A stretch of 64,000 nt of DNA from Mesotaenium endlicherianum (taxonomy: Eukaryota), in the NCBI GenBank assembly GCA_009602735.1, contig WELA01002336.1, positions 125,853-189,852 on the forward strand, written 5' to 3'. Shown here in pieces: positions 49,199 through 61,790 of this stretch (position 1 is its first letter; each line of letters opens with the position of its first letter). A program made the translations under genes and the position numbers. The notes under the pieces were generated by a model that was not told the origin of the DNA, did no database searches, and saw nothing but the letters and a program-made list of their open reading frames with translations.

Positions 49199-51039
49199 TT
49201 TCTATAACATATATTCATATTTCTGTTGTTCTAGAAGCCTCCGTCTTCATGTTTTCTATATGCAATATTCTTTACGAAGGGTTTACTATGTCGATGAAGG
49301 ACATCAAAGCTAGCCATCGTTCAATCACCGAATCCTTATCGGCCTGAAACACTCCAAAGGCTATTTAATGTTCCACACAAGCTCCACAACGCCCGGAAAC
49401 CCAATAAAGTCACATGCTGATGGCATTCCATGAGATTAACATGCGCCAACATTACGCTGAAGGCTACACTAAGTGCAGACCAGGCAAGCTCGAACAAGTA
49501 CAATATTAAAACACTCTCGGGATCGGAGGGGGCGAATCAGAGGTGTGCAGGAGCATGTTTCAAAAAGTTCCTTCGGGCCACTTCGGGCTTGCTGTAGGAT
49601 GCTGCAGGAAGCCCGTTCGCTGAAGTTGACCACAGACGGTCAACTCCGCCGCATTTGAACATCCTCCCACCCGGCCATTTGCTGGCCATTTGCACCCGTT
49701 CACCGTAGTGGACTTACAGTCACCTACAGTCACCAGCAGTCACCTGTAGTGGAGAATCGAGATCACAATCTTTCTGCCTGGATTTGCCTCACAAACTGTC
49801 ACAAACGGATCATCCCAAATAATGTAGCATTTTCTATTTGTGTAGAGGAAAAACGTACCAGGGATGTTGTCAGCTACACGTGTGATCCCCAAGTAAGCTG
49901 AAAATTTGACGAAGTATAGAGTAGGATAAAACAGACCCAGAGAACGTATGATACCAGTCAGTATACCCATACGCGCGCGATCTCGAAGCACTTGTACATA
50001 TGTCCTCTTTAACTCATACCTGCATTACTTCTTCATTATGATATGTGAAATGAAATATTTCAAGCTTCAAAGACGTACTTCGTCGTTATATGCTGGAATT
50101 GATATCACATAAGATAGCTCAATAAGCTCAATGAGGCTTAAGTTCGCGTGTAACAATTGGTCAAGCATGTGCACATGTCCTTCAGTGCGAGCTAAGGACA
50201 CTAGCTGGTGGTAGCAGATGTAAAAAGTATGGCAAGTCAATGAAGAGTTCAACAAGTTTTATTTTACGTGTTGTGGAGGTAGTGACCCAGGAGCTATCAA
50301 TAAACAAGTTTCTATGAGTATTGTTGGCATCTTAGTATAGCAATAGAAATGAGGTTCAAAAAGAGAGCAAATGTGAAAGCACAAATCATTCACCATAACT
50401 CAAGCAGTACGTACTCATTAAGATTGTACACAGTATGTAGGACTATAAAGATTGCTATTTGTGGTGGCTTCTTCTTGCAAGGAGGCGCACAAGCGGGTGC
50501 ACTTGAGATCCATAAGGGAAGTCAATCAAAAGCCGCGCCTTAAATTGACCATGGGTCATTTTTTATTTTGTTTTTCACTTGATTTGAATCTATGTGCCCC
50601 ACCAGGGTTTTTTCCATGAAACATACTCATCTACCTAAAGTGCGCCCTAAATTACACATCACAGCATGCATTTTGTCATTTATAAAAGCTGCTTCCGACC
50701 TCGGAAGCTAGGTGTCAGAGATAAAATTAATCCAACAATTTTCTTAGGCTTTGTTGCGTTAAAGTTCAATCCACTTTACATGGTTGTGAAATTTTCATGA
50801 CTTATGCACATGTTCTAAATGGTATAGTATCAGTGAACTTACCCACTAGCGAGTTAAAGCACGGCAAAAGCACTAGTGCCATTTGTGAGAGGATGATAGA
50901 TGAAGGACACAGATTAGAACATGTTTACTCGCTAGCTGTGTACACCAGCGCAACACCACTTCAGCCACAAGACACAAGAGGTACAAATGCTCATCATGCA
51001 CAAGACAATCATTCTCAACTTGTTCTCAACAACATTTGC

Positions 51040-51542
51040 TGTAGTGATTTGAGTTATTATATATTAGTTCGCATATATTTTAATGTTTTCAAATATATTT
51101 GGAGTAGTATTGTGTGGAGTCAAGTGTGAATAGGTACTCTAGTAACTTGGTTCATGTCCTTTGAACCTTCCAAGGCATTTTCGAAGTTAGAGGAAAGACC
51201 TAGAAGAACTCCATGTGGCAAAAGTCAGATGTGCCATTTTTAGGTCAAAAGGACATGTGTACATTATTCTAGAAAGAGGTGGCAAGTTTTGGGATGTGTT
51301 GGGTGCCAACACATCAACATACACCTTCCTAGAAATTACTTATGTAGCAAGTATATAAACAAGAGCTAGAACATAGAAAGACATTCCAGAATCACTCTTG
51401 TACTTGCCAAAATCCAGAAATATATTAACTTTCAAGAAGCCATCTCTCTTTCAAGAAGCTACCACTTGTGTTCAAAGATCCTTGTCTTGAATAGATAAAG
51501 TATTCTGTTTTACTAAGTACTTTATCTATCTGTTTCACTACA
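51040..51542 (+). repeat. 5' LTR
   Basis: Direct repeat of 57217-57719 with 4 mismatches by eye; TATA-like gtatataaac at 51351-51360. Confidence 0.97.
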
Positions 51543-51543
51543 G

Positions 51544-51555
51544 TGGTATCGGAGC
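51544..51555 (+). promoter_or_regulatory. Primer-binding site, tRNA-iMet type
   Basis: TGGTATCGGAGC one base after the LTR; the canonical plant iMet PBS is TGGTATCAGAGC. Confidence 0.85.
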
Positions 51556-51579
51556 TAGGCACTTTGGTAGCACAAGAAG

Positions 51580-52860
51580 ATGGCCGATCCTCAAGACCAA
51601 CAGCAAGCTTTCGAAGGAAGCCCTTCCTCTCCAAGACACCCTCCTCCAGCGCCGATGGGAGAGCCCACTCAAGAAAATCTGCAACAACAAGAAGCACCAC
51701 AAGGAGGAGCACACCCTCCTCCAGCGTCGATGGGAGAGCCTACTCAAGGAAATCTGCAACAACAAGAAGCACCACAAGGAGGAGCACCGTCAAATCCCGT
51801 GGCAGCCGCTATAGCAAAGTTGACCCCACCACAAGGAGTTCCCGCAAATGAGTGGGCAGCCTTCCTAATGACCGTCCACAACCAAGTGGGCTTGGCCACC
51901 TATGAAGCAACCGTGCAAGCGTCAAGAGAAGCTATGGCTGCCATGGTTGCCCCTATTGCGAGCAATGCTCAAAATCCAGCCCCGGCTCAAGCGCCTCCAC
52001 AAGAGCCAACGAGAGCAAGGAAACTCATCAAGCCCGGCAAACCCGACACTTTCAACCCCGGGAAAGGTGCCAACCTGAATTTATGGCTCTACCAAGTGGA
52101 GACGTACCTCGCGTTCCTTGAAGTACCCGAGGAGGACTACGTTCCCTTTGCCGTTACCTTACTTAGAGGAGCAGCAACATCATGGTGGCGTAACTATCAA
52201 GCGGCTATATATCAAGCTATGGCGCACCCCATGCTCGGCCAAGAGCCCCCACCATCATATGCAAGATGGGCAGATTTTCGTGAGGCCCTCAAGAAGCAAT
52301 TCATGCCCATCAATGCGGAGAAGATTGCCCGAGGAAAGCTCCACCATCTCAAGCAAACGACGTCCGTTCAAGAGTATACATCCAGATTTCACGCCCTCAC
52401 TCTTGAGATCCCCAACATGTCTCTCGAGGAGAAGATTGACCGTTACATCTTTGGCCTCAAACCCAAGGTGGCAAAGGAAGTGGAGTTACGCGACTTGACG
52501 GACTTCTCAAAGATCATTGAAGTGGCCCAAAAGGTGGATACCTTGGATTTCAAGCACTCCGTGCCTTCATCTTCACGGGTACCGACGACGCGGGTGTACG
52601 CAGCCCCTTCCACATCCGAATCTGGACCCACACCCATGGAAATCGGAGTTATTAAAAGGGACCCCGCGGCTGCCCGGAAGAGTGGAAGACCCTCCAATGA
52701 CACTTATGATGCAAGAAACCAGCAAGGAGTGAAAGCAAGACTCTCCCCGGCTGAAAAAGAAGCTCTCATGACGGCTGGACTATGCTTCTATTGCAAGGAA
52801 AAGGGCCATCGTGCACTTTCATGCCCCAAAAAGTTGTCAAAAAACGGACAGCGCCGGTAG
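51580..52860 (+). CDS. gag: Gag (Retrotrans_gag capsid plus CCHC zinc knuckle)
   Basis: [42 protein letters not shown]-terminal 25-aa (75-bp) tandem duplication. Confidence 0.95.
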   Translation: MADPQDQQQAFEGSPSSPRHPPPAPMGEPTQENLQQQEAPQGGAHPPPASMGEPTQGNLQQQEAPQGGAPSNPVAAAIAKLTPPQGVPANEWAAFLMTVHNQVGLATYEATVQASREAMAAMVAPIASNAQNPAPAQAPPQEPTRARKLIKPGKPDTFNPGKGANLNLWLYQVETYLAFLEVPEEDYVPFAVTLLRGAATSWWRNYQAAIYQAMAHPMLGQEPPPSYARWADFREALKKQFMPINAEKIARGKLHHLKQTTSVQEYTSRFHALTLEIPNMSLEEKIDRYIFGLKPKVAKEVELRDLTDFSKIIEVAQKVDTLDFKHSVPSSSRVPTTRVYAAPSTSESGPTPMEIGVIKRDPAAARKSGRPSNDTYDARNQQGVKARLSPAEKEALMTAGLCFYCKEKGHRALSCPKKLSKNGQRR

Positions 52861-55800
52861 GCCAGGAGCCTACCACCCCAAGACCCACTTCACGAGAAGG
52901 CAACACGCCAAGTGAGGTGGAGACCCCCGTTGAAGACGACGTTCCAGCCCCAATGAGTTTGAGAGGTTACCTTGGAGGAGAGAAGGTCCACATCTTGGTG
53001 GATAGCGGAGCTCAAGGCAACTTCATTGCTGCAGATTTTGCCACCAAGCACGGTATTACTATGCGAACTCTTGACCACGACGAGGAGATTATGATGCCCG
53101 ATGGATTCTCCTATACTACCCCTTCCAAGAAGACGTACCCCTTGGCACTCTCTATCAAGTCCTTCAAGGATAGAGTAGTGTTCTCCCCCATGCAATTGGG
53201 CAAGTACGACGTCATCCTAGGGACGCCTTGGTTGACCAAGCACAACCCCCAAGTTGATTGGAGGACCGGTACTATCAAGATCAAGAATGACATCACTTCA
53301 AGAATCTGTATTTTGCGCGCAATCCAGAATATCCAGACCCAAGACATCCAGAAGCCGGCACACGAGATACTATTGTCCGCCCTCCAACTCAAGAGACTTG
53401 TGAGGAAGGGACACGAGCTTCTTTTGGCCTTGATCACGCCAAAAGACATCAAGAAAGACATCGAGAGTCAAGAAGGCAGCCCCGTTCCCAAGGAGATACA
53501 AGAAGTCTTTGAGGACTACAAAGAAGTGTTCTCCCCGGAATTGCCCAAGGGCCTACCCCCCAAAAGATTCGTAGACCACAAGATAGAGTTGGAGCCCGGA
53601 AGCAAGCCCATCTCTCGGCCTACGTTCAAAATGTCATACACGGAGCTAGACGAAGTCAAGAAGCAAATCAAGGAGCTACTGGAGCATGGCTTCATTCGAC
53701 CTAGCAAGTCGCCATTTGGAGCCCCGGTGCTATTTGTCAAGAAGAAAGATGGTACCTTGAGGATGTGTGTGGACTATCGCGCCCTCAACAAGATCACCAT
53801 CAAGAATCGATACCCGCTGCCGCGCATGGATGAGCTCATGGACCGGCTGGTTGGAGCCAAGTACTTCACGAAGATTGACTTACGGAGCGGCTACCACCAG
53901 ATTCGCATCGCAGAACCGGACATAGAGAAGACGGCATTCAGGACAAGATATGGACATTTTGAGTTCATGGTCCTGCCATTTGGACTCACCAACGCGCCAG
54001 CAACTTTCATGACTATGATGAACACCATATTTCAGCCCATGTTGGACAGATTTGTGGTGGTATTCATCGATGACATCCTTATCTACAGCAAGACCCTTGA
54101 AGAGCATGCGAGACACTTGAAAGAAGTCCTTGAAGTATTGAAGCAAAACAAGCTGTTTGCGAAGGAGTCAAAATGCGAGTTTGCCAAACAAGAAGTGGAG
54201 TTCCTAGGTCTCCACGTGACTGCTGATGGCATCAAGATAGACCCCAAGAAGACCACGGTGGTGGAGGAATGGCCAACCCCCACGACCAAGAAAGAACTCC
54301 AGTCATTCTTGGGATTTGCCAATTGGTACAGAAAATTCATCCAAGGCTTCTCGCACATAGCAGCCCCCCTGACAGATCTACTCAAGAAGGACAGGCTATA
54401 TACATGGACCGAGAAAGAGGAAGAGGCATTTCAAGAGTTAAAGCGAAGATTGACCACATCCCCGGTGCTCACACTCCCAAGTCCAAACCCAGATTGGCCC
54501 TTCCACGTCATCACCGATGCATCTTCCTATGCAATAGGAGCAATCCTGCTTCAAGACCAAGGCAAGGGACTGCAGCCCATCGCCTACGAGTCAAGGAAGC
54601 TAAATCCAGCCGAGCAAAATTATACAACCACGGAGCGAGAGGCATTGGCGATTGTACATGCCTTGAAGGTTTGGCGCTGCTACGTTGAAGGACGCAAAGT
54701 ACTGGTCACCACGGACCACGAGGCGTTAAAGCACCTCCAGACGCAGCCGTATCTCTCAAGGAGACAAGCAAGATGGAGCGGATACTTGCAACAATACAAC
54801 ATCACGATTCAGTACCAGCCCGGCAAGACAAACCCGGCTGACCCCCTCTCAAGACTGCAATTAAATGCAGTGATGGTATCCCTGAAGACAGATCTGGAAG
54901 CTCGATTTTCAGCCGCCTATGAAAGAGACCCTTACTACAAGAACGGAGAAGCAGCCTTGGACCCATGCAAGAAGCAAGAAGGCAATTATTGGGTGAGGCA
55001 AGATACGGGCCAGAGATGTGTTCCTAATGACTTAGACCTCCGGCTCTTGCTTCTACGAGAAGCACACGACAACCCTCTTGGAGGACACTTTGGAATCCTA
55101 AGGACCACGGGCGTTCTAGCTAGGACTTATTGTTGGCCAGGCATGTCTAAGCAAGTCAAGGAGTACTGCAGGAGCTGTGACACATGCCAAAGAATCAAGC
55201 CATCATCGCAAAAGGCGGGAGGACTCCTCCAACCACTACCAATCCCCGAAAGACAATGGACGGACATCTCAATGGACCTTATCGTGGACTTGCCCGTGAC
55301 ACCTCGAGGCCATAATGCAATACTCACGGTGGTGGACAGACTTACCAAGATGGCTCATTTTATTCCCACGACGACTAAGGCTACAGCACCACAACTTGCA
55401 AGACTCATCTTTGACAACATCTTCCGACTCCATGGACTACCATCAAGAATTGTGTCAGATAGAGATCCAAGATTCACAAGCCATTTCTGGAAAAATCTCT
55501 TCAAGAACTTGGGTACATCGCTGGATATGTCTACTGCCTACCACCCACAATCAGATGGGCAAACCGAGCGTATGAATCGTACCCTAAAGACCTCTCTAAA
55601 GGCCTACGTGTCTACCCTCGAGCAAGACTGGGACATGTACTTGACCCCCCTCGAGTTTGCCTACAACAACACTACGCAGGCCTCTACCCAAGAGTCCCCA
55701 TTCTTCCTCAACTATGGCTTCCATCCGACCACGCCACTGAGCTTCACGGCTGGCCATGATGAAGTACCTGCAGCCACAGATTTTATGGAGACATTAGAAG

Positions 55801-56447
55801 CAGCCCTTACAGCAGCGAAGAAAGCTCTACAACACGCGCAAGATGCTCAAGCAAGAGTGGCGAACAGATCCAGAAGAGAAATTACGTACAGAGTGGGTGA
55901 CAACGTGTTACTATCATCCAAGAACATTTCCCTGAACAACAGGCCTGCCGGCAGCAAGTTCTCTCCCAAGTATTTGGGACCCTTCAAGATTATCCAGCAA
56001 GTCAACCCCGTTGCTTTCAAGCTAGAACTTCCCCAGACTATGCACATCGACCCCGTATTCCACGCTTCCCTCTTCAAGCCATATGTGCAACCCGACAACA
56101 AGTTCCCAGGACGTGTGACAACCCCACCAGCCCCAACAATAGTGGATGATCATTTGGAGTACGAAGTGGAAGACATAGTGGCTATGAGAAATTTCAGGAG
56201 ACAGCAGCAATACTTGATCAAGTGGAAAGGATATCCAGATTCGGAGAATAGTTGGGTGGCGGCGCACTACCTTGACAAAGTTCAGAGAAAGTTGAAGCGC
56301 TTCCATGCCGCCAACCCCCATCTTGGACCAGCCCCAAGTCTCTCTACTAGAAGCCCGAAGACTTCAGGGAGGCAGCCTGCCACCATCAAGAAGCAGCAGA
56401 AGACCCCTTGGAGGCAGCCTGCAAGAACAAGAAAGAGGAAAAATTGA
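52782..56447 (+). CDS. pol: Pol polyprotein (protease, RT, RNase H, integrase, chromodomain), expressed by -1 frameshift at about 52845
   Basis: [40 protein letters not shown]...CDTC, ISMDLI, SDRD, GQTER; YLGPF; YEVEDIV...[15 protein letters not shown]. Confidence 0.97.
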   Translation: MLLLQGKGPSCTFMPQKVVKKRTAPVGQEPTTPRPTSREGNTPSEVETPVEDDVPAPMSLRGYLGGEKVHILVDSGAQGNFIAADFATKHGITMRTLDHDEEIMMPDGFSYTTPSKKTYPLALSIKSFKDRVVFSPMQLGKYDVILGTPWLTKHNPQVDWRTGTIKIKNDITSRICILRAIQNIQTQDIQKPAHEILLSALQLKRLVRKGHELLLALITPKDIKKDIESQEGSPVPKEIQEVFEDYKEVFSPELPKGLPPKRFVDHKIELEPGSKPISRPTFKMSYTELDEVKKQIKELLEHGFIRPSKSPFGAPVLFVKKKDGTLRMCVDYRALNKITIKNRYPLPRMDELMDRLVGAKYFTKIDLRSGYHQIRIAEPDIEKTAFRTRYGHFEFMVLPFGLTNAPATFMTMMNTIFQPMLDRFVVVFIDDILIYSKTLEEHARHLKEVLEVLKQNKLFAKESKCEFAKQEVEFLGLHVTADGIKIDPKKTTVVEEWPTPTTKKELQSFLGFANWYRKFIQGFSHIAAPLTDLLKKDRLYTWTEKEEEAFQELKRRLTTSPVLTLPSPNPDWPFHVITDASSYAIGAILLQDQGKGLQPIAYESRKLNPAEQNYTTTEREALAIVHALKVWRCYVEGRKVLVTTDHEALKHLQTQPYLSRRQARWSGYLQQYNITIQYQPGKTNPADPLSRLQLNAVMVSLKTDLEARFSAAYERDPYYKNGEAALDPCKKQEGNYWVRQDTGQRCVPNDLDLRLLLLREAHDNPLGGHFGILRTTGVLARTYCWPGMSKQVKEYCRSCDTCQRIKPSSQKAGGLLQPLPIPERQWTDISMDLIVDLPVTPRGHNAILTVVDRLTKMAHFIPTTTKATAPQLARLIFDNIFRLHGLPSRIVSDRDPRFTSHFWKNLFKNLGTSLDMSTAYHPQSDGQTERMNRTLKTSLKAYVSTLEQDWDMYLTPLEFAYNNTTQASTQESPFFLNYGFHPTTPLSFTAGHDEVPAATDFMETLEAALTAAKKALQHAQDAQARVANRSRREITYRVGDNVLLSSKNISLNNRPAGSKFSPKYLGPFKIIQQVNPVAFKLELPQTMHIDPVFHASLFKPYVQPDNKFPGRVTTPPAPTIVDDHLEYEVEDIVAMRNFRRQQQYLIKWKGYPDSENSWVAAHYLDKVQRKLKRFHAANPHLGPAPSLSTRSPKTSGRQPATIKKQQKTPWRQPARTRKRKN
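52839..52874 (+). promoter_or_regulatory. Programmed -1 ribosomal frameshift signal
   Basis: A AAA AAC slippery heptamer in gag frame (52839-52845), then hairpin GGTAGGC-cagga-GCCTACC (52856-52874); pol is in the -1 frame. Confidence 0.8.
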
Positions 56448-57072
56448 CATTAGACACTCTTCTCTTCTCGCAGTTTCTGGACAGAAAACTAAAACTGCTA
56501 CTGGTAATAGGTCTCTGCATAATAAATTCTGAAAATTTACCTGGCTGTAGTCCATGAGTAGCCGGTCATTTAGAGTCCAAGTTTGCTCAATTTGGAGCAC
56601 TGGTGAGAGAGATATGATGCTCTAAGTAGAAGGGGGTCAGGCTGCTGGCATTGTTAGGACAGAATATGCCTTCTGACATTGTGCCTTCCCCTGAACTTGG
56701 AATGCTCTGAAACTCAAGACTCTGGTAGAACATCTTACAGCGCCCAGTTTGAGACTTAGTTTGCAGAATTTGGAGAAGTATAGAAGGACTTATGATTTTC
56801 AGAAGTTTCTGCACAGATTTGGAGGAGTGCCTACTCTCTCAGCTCTCAACGACACTCCAGAAATGAGAATGCTCTCAAATTTGGTGACCCGGTAGAGTTC
56901 TCCGACGCGGTCCGTCTGGCACTCGAATTTTCAGATTTGGAGCAGTTCTGTGGCCGCTATGAATTTTTGAGTTCGTGGCAGATTCTGGGCCAACTTGTAC
57001 AATTTTCTTTATCATTAAGGAGTAGGCTAGCCAATAAGGTCACACCACCTACGACCTTGCCTAGTCTACCTT

Positions 57073-57180
57073 ACATGTGTAGCACCTGACTTGGCGCCTT
57101 TGACTAGTCCTCTTCACATGTGTGGCATCTGACTTGAAACTGTTGACTAGTTTGCTCCACATGTGTAAGACCTGACTTGA
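57073..57180 (+). repeat. ~43-bp degenerate tandem repeat in the retrotransposon 3' UTR
   Basis: catgtgt..ca[c/t]ctgacttg...ttgactagt repeated about 2.5 times. Confidence 0.75.
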
Positions 57181-57206
57181 CGCGCCGAGACGTCGCTTTT
57201 TCTATC

Positions 57207-57216
57207 GGGGGGGTGA
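57207..57216 (+). promoter_or_regulatory. Polypurine tract
   Basis: gggggggtga immediately before the 3' LTR. Confidence 0.85.
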
Positions 57217-57719
57217 TGTAGTGATTTGAGTTATTATATATTAGTTTGCATATATTTTAATGTTTTCAAATATATTTGGAGTAGTATTGTGTGGAGTCAA
57301 GTGTGAATAGGTACTCTAGTAACTTGGTTCATGTCCTTTGAACCTTCCAAGGCATTTTCGAAGTTAGAGGAAAGACCTAGAAGAACTCCATGTGGCAAAA
57401 GTCAAATGTGCCATTTTTAGGTCAAAAGGACATGTGTACATTATTCTAGAAAGAGGTGGCAAGTTTTGGGATGTGTTGGGTGCCAACACATCAACATACA
57501 CCTTCCTAGAAATTACTTATGTAGCAAGTATATAAACAAGAGCTAGAACATAGAAAGACATTGGAGAATCACTCTTGTACTTGCCAAAATCCAGAAATAT
57601 ATTAACTTTCAAGAAGCCATCTCTCTTTCAAGAAGCTACCACTTGTGTTCAAAGATCCTTGTCTTGAATAGATAAAGTATTCTGTTTTACTAAGTACTTT
57701 ATCTATCTGTTTCACTACA
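57217..57719 (+). repeat. 3' LTR
   Basis: Direct repeat of 51040-51542. Confidence 0.97.
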
Positions 57720-58198
57720 TTTGCATAGAGATAAAAAAAGCTTCTGCATACAACATATCAAATGCATGTATAAAATTTTAGGCACTTCCGTTGACAAATC
57801 GGACGGAGACAAACAATGCACATCTTATATAACTAAGGGCCCGCAACCAACTTATTCTTAAGTAACTTGTCATGGCAATTGTGCCATCTGCTTATTATGG
57901 TTGTCGCTGTCTGAAGCTATTATACTGACTGACCAGATTGCGACACAAATATGGAAATGGTTGAAGATGTACAAAAAGGTTCCTAACGAGTTCAACAATG
58001 ACAGAACCATCCAATACGCCTCATATGAACTGTTGCTGAAACTCCCAATCCTGAAGGTGACTATGATACACACTACATACATGACCAAAAATCGCTTTCG
58101 CAACTTGTTTGAGAAAAAACCTTCGAAACTTCCAAAAAACTTGTCATGAAGCGCAAGACTTGGCACAATAAGGCCCAACCTTAACACAAACAACCTTC

Positions 58199-60040
58199 TC
58201 ACTTTCCAAACATAGAGCGAAACCACCAAAAGCCATGAGTGTCGTCCTTTCGAGCACCATCACCATCAACCACGCCTTCAGGATGCTCGGTTTTCTTCAA
58301 CTTGGACACATCATAGCCTTGCTCTGTGGCCACCTCCATGAGCTTCGCGTATGTCTCGTCGGCCATCTGTGGCGTCCTCGACAGTACCTGCAGTGATAAA
58401 TACCACGCCCAAGAGGGAGGCCAGACACGTCCAAAATTTATTGTACACAACAATGAAGAAACACAAAACTGGAATGCATCACGGCTTTCATACTCAAAAG
58501 CTTTCTATTGGCACAACCCGTCTCACATCCATCGTTTACAGCCAACAACATGCACCAGTTGCTCAAAGTTTGACTACAGAAGCTGGTTTCAAAGCAGGAC
58601 CAGGTTACATCTTAAGGATCAAAAGGTTGGTATATTTTTAACCAGTGAAAAACGGTTATACGCCGCAACAACCTTTTGCTGGTCGCTGTAACAAAACAAA
58701 ATTCTCCTGCACACTGCAAATTCTGGAGGACTGCAGGCTTTATTCACAATCAAAGCCCACATGGAGCCATCAGACCGCACTGTGATGAAGTTGAGGCACC
58801 GAAGGCGATGACTTCCTCCCTCACTCATAACTGACCGACCTAAGCCGATGTTGCTCTCTTAAAATGGTGCCAAATCAAGCTCAAAAACTACTCACACTCA
58901 GGCAAGCATGCACCTACGAACTTGCACATCACTTGTCAGGTGCAGGCAAGCAAGAAAAAATTTGTATCTCAAAGAGCCCCCACAGAGCTGGAAGAACTGA
59001 AGGACCAAGTAATTACTATCGTAAGCAAAAGGAAGATACAGAAAGAAACAGGAGAAACAGGAAGGCCAACGGAAGAGGGGAATGACAGAGCTGGAAGAAA
59101 CCGAGCGCATATAAAGTGCAGGTTTGACAAGCGCTGCACAGAAGACTCTGTGAGAAGGGAGAGGGAGGGCAACAAGAGGAGGAAAGGCCTTGCTCCGAGA
59201 GCTTCCTGAGATGAGAGCAAGAGCGTCGCATCACACAATCAGGATCACGCTCCCAGAGTAGTATCTCTCCTAGCCCCCCACCCCCCTCGCTAGGCCTCCG
59301 CTTAAATTGAAGTGAAACAAGCTCGTGGACTTGGAAGACAAACTCCTTCTGAGCTTGTGCATTCTTGAAGGCTAAGCATGCAACGGTCTGCAGCCTCTAT
59401 GAAGCCTCTACTCCCCTCTAGAGCAGAAACTTACATCAGGAAGATGTGTGAAGAAAAGCTTCTAATGCACACGCTAATTTCTCATGTATTTCAGGACGCA
59501 TGAAGAAATGTGCACGTTAGAAGCACATCCAGTTCGGCTAACTCTTCTCAGCACAAGAAAGAGTACACACTCCTCACCAATACATGCAGCACATAGCATG
59601 GTAAATGCGTCTTCACCTCTACCAGTCTCAGCGACAGGCCTTCCGCACATACACACACATGCAAGCAGGACGAGCCTCCTCAAACTCCTGCATGCCTAAC
59701 AACAATCACCCCCATCCGCTACTAGTAAATTTTGCGCTGCCCTACTTGTAATGCCTCTGCTACAGAACCTGCATCTTCCTGCGAAGAACTGGAACAAGTT
59801 ATAGAGGGAGGACAAAAGTGGGTGTCTCGCATGTGCATGTGACGAGTGGTAATCCATCCCATCTCATATCAAGCTCTGAATACCCTAATAGACATAGCAT
59901 AGCAGTTCAATTTCCTGCCGCAAACTGTATACACTGCCCAAAACAAATCTGACACCCAAGACACGTGAACTTATGATTGCGGAAAGAAGACCACAAACCC
60001 GGCGCACGCACACATGTGCTGGAGTGTGCATGTGCATGTA

Positions 60041-60094
<54 letters not shown>

Positions 60095-61790
60095 CGCGTG
60101 CTCGAGCTACCTCACAGGCATGCACACATACCCAGAGAAACTTGCGGCTGGGCTGCCCCACGAGCGCGTAGGTGTAGTTCTCCTTGTCCAGCGCCATAAC
60201 CCAGTAGTCCCCGCGCACCGGGAAGAGCGGCAGGAAGGGAGGCACCCAGAACTGCACAATGAACTTGGCCTCCTCGCTCTTGGCATCAACCTTCCACGCC
60301 TTGCCCTGCACCAACCCGTGTACGTGCTGACCAATCATCACAGGAGTACCATGCGATTGCTACATGGGATTGCTCTTTTGGATAGAGAATTGATGGGCAC
60401 ACGTGGTCAAGTGCCACCAAAACAGGAAGAAAGAAGGGACCATGCACCTAGGGTGTGGACTTATTATACTAATGACTGGTGTAGGAAAACTGTGACGAGG
60501 GAGATAAATACACGGGACCTGGTCCACATAAGTTGGCGCAGGTGGGGTGTGCACAATACTACCACTACGTGCAAATATCTATTTGTGTGTTTATGTCCAT
60601 CAACTTACATACGAGCATACACAAACACATATCATCACATATATGTGTTTAGAGGTATACATAAGACGCTACTTTTGACCTGGGGCCAGCTTGTCCTCAG
60701 GTGCTAAGCAAGTGGCAAATAAAACAATGGTCAGGCCGTGCTGGGACTAACCAGACTAAAATTTTATGCGGCGACAGAGGGATATAGCACTAGGCCATAC
60801 ATTGAATTTAACAGTAACTTAGTTCCCCAATTCCTCTGCTAGAACGTGCATTAATAATGCATAGAGGTAACACCTTCAGCAGCAAAGTTTTGCCCCAGTT
60901 GATCCCCATACCTCATCTCAAACTATTATGCATCTCACAAGAGACATAGATGCAGATGAGTGAGTCAAAATCATCCTGCACCAAGTGCCCTAAAAGACGC
61001 TGCTATAGCTTCTTTCGCCACACAACCCTTCATTCCCTTCACCGCCCTGACCACCGTTCCCCTGCCCTTTCCAAGATTTACAAGCTCCCTTAAGCTGACA
61101 TCTCGCTTCAGAATCTTGCATGCAGCCAAGATTTCTTAACTGTCAAAGGATGTGTCCCTAGCTTTTGAGTAAGTTAGGATCAAGACCTCTTATAACCCCT
61201 TAATGCTGTCATGCTTCAGACCAAGATCAACCAAGTTCGTGTCCCCTGTCTCCCAAATGCTGGACATCCTGAGGGTCAGGCTAAACAAGCATAAACACAG
61301 CAAGTTCGGGCTCCAGTCGGCAATGCAGTTCAACTTAGTACAACTCGTATAGGAAATAATTAAATTTGCAAGAGTTTATGATTTATAGGGAAAAATCAGA
61401 TCTGCAAAGAGTTTATGACCTCCTCCGTACATTTCTGTGTGAAACAAACTCCATGAGAAAAAGTATCAATATCTACAATAAAGAGTAAGTCTGGTCTTCT
61501 TGCTGTGACCCATACTTGCCTATCTTTATAGCCACTTAAAGGTCATTGGTGATCAATCATCCTTGCGATGGAAGAAAGGATGGTACCTCAATGGAAGCTC
61601 GCACGGCATTGGTCCACGTCTCATTAACGACACCCACGGTACCATCTGGGCGCAACGTATAGTTAGCTCGTGAATTTGTCCCAGTTTTTGGCTGAAACGT
61701 TGAAGGCATGGAAGCTATCTCAAACCAGCGTCCCATGTAGCGCTGAAGGTCTAACCCAGTCACTACCTCGACAGGCTTATCGGAAGCCAT
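58199..61790 (-). CDS. TIL: Temperature-induced lipocalin (3 exons, about 188 aa)
   Basis: Exons 61587-61790 (EVVTGLDLQRYMGRWFEIAS), 60132-60305 (FWVPPFLPLFPVRGDYWV...YALVGQPSRKFLW) and 58199-58387 (VLSRTP...GYDVSKLKKT...GFWWFRSMFGK); all phase-0 GT-AG introns. Confidence 0.95.
60043..60094. repeat. (TG)n(AG)n compound microsatellite in a TIL intron
   Basis: Direct reading. Confidence 0.9.

Larger units (their letters stand above)
51040..57719 (+). mobile_element. Full-length, apparently intact Ty3/Gypsy chromovirus LTR retrotransposon
   Basis: Two 503-bp LTRs with TGTAGTGA...TCACTACA ends, TSD TTTGC (51035-51039, 57720-57724), PBS, PPT, and uninterrupted gag and pol. Confidence 0.98.
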
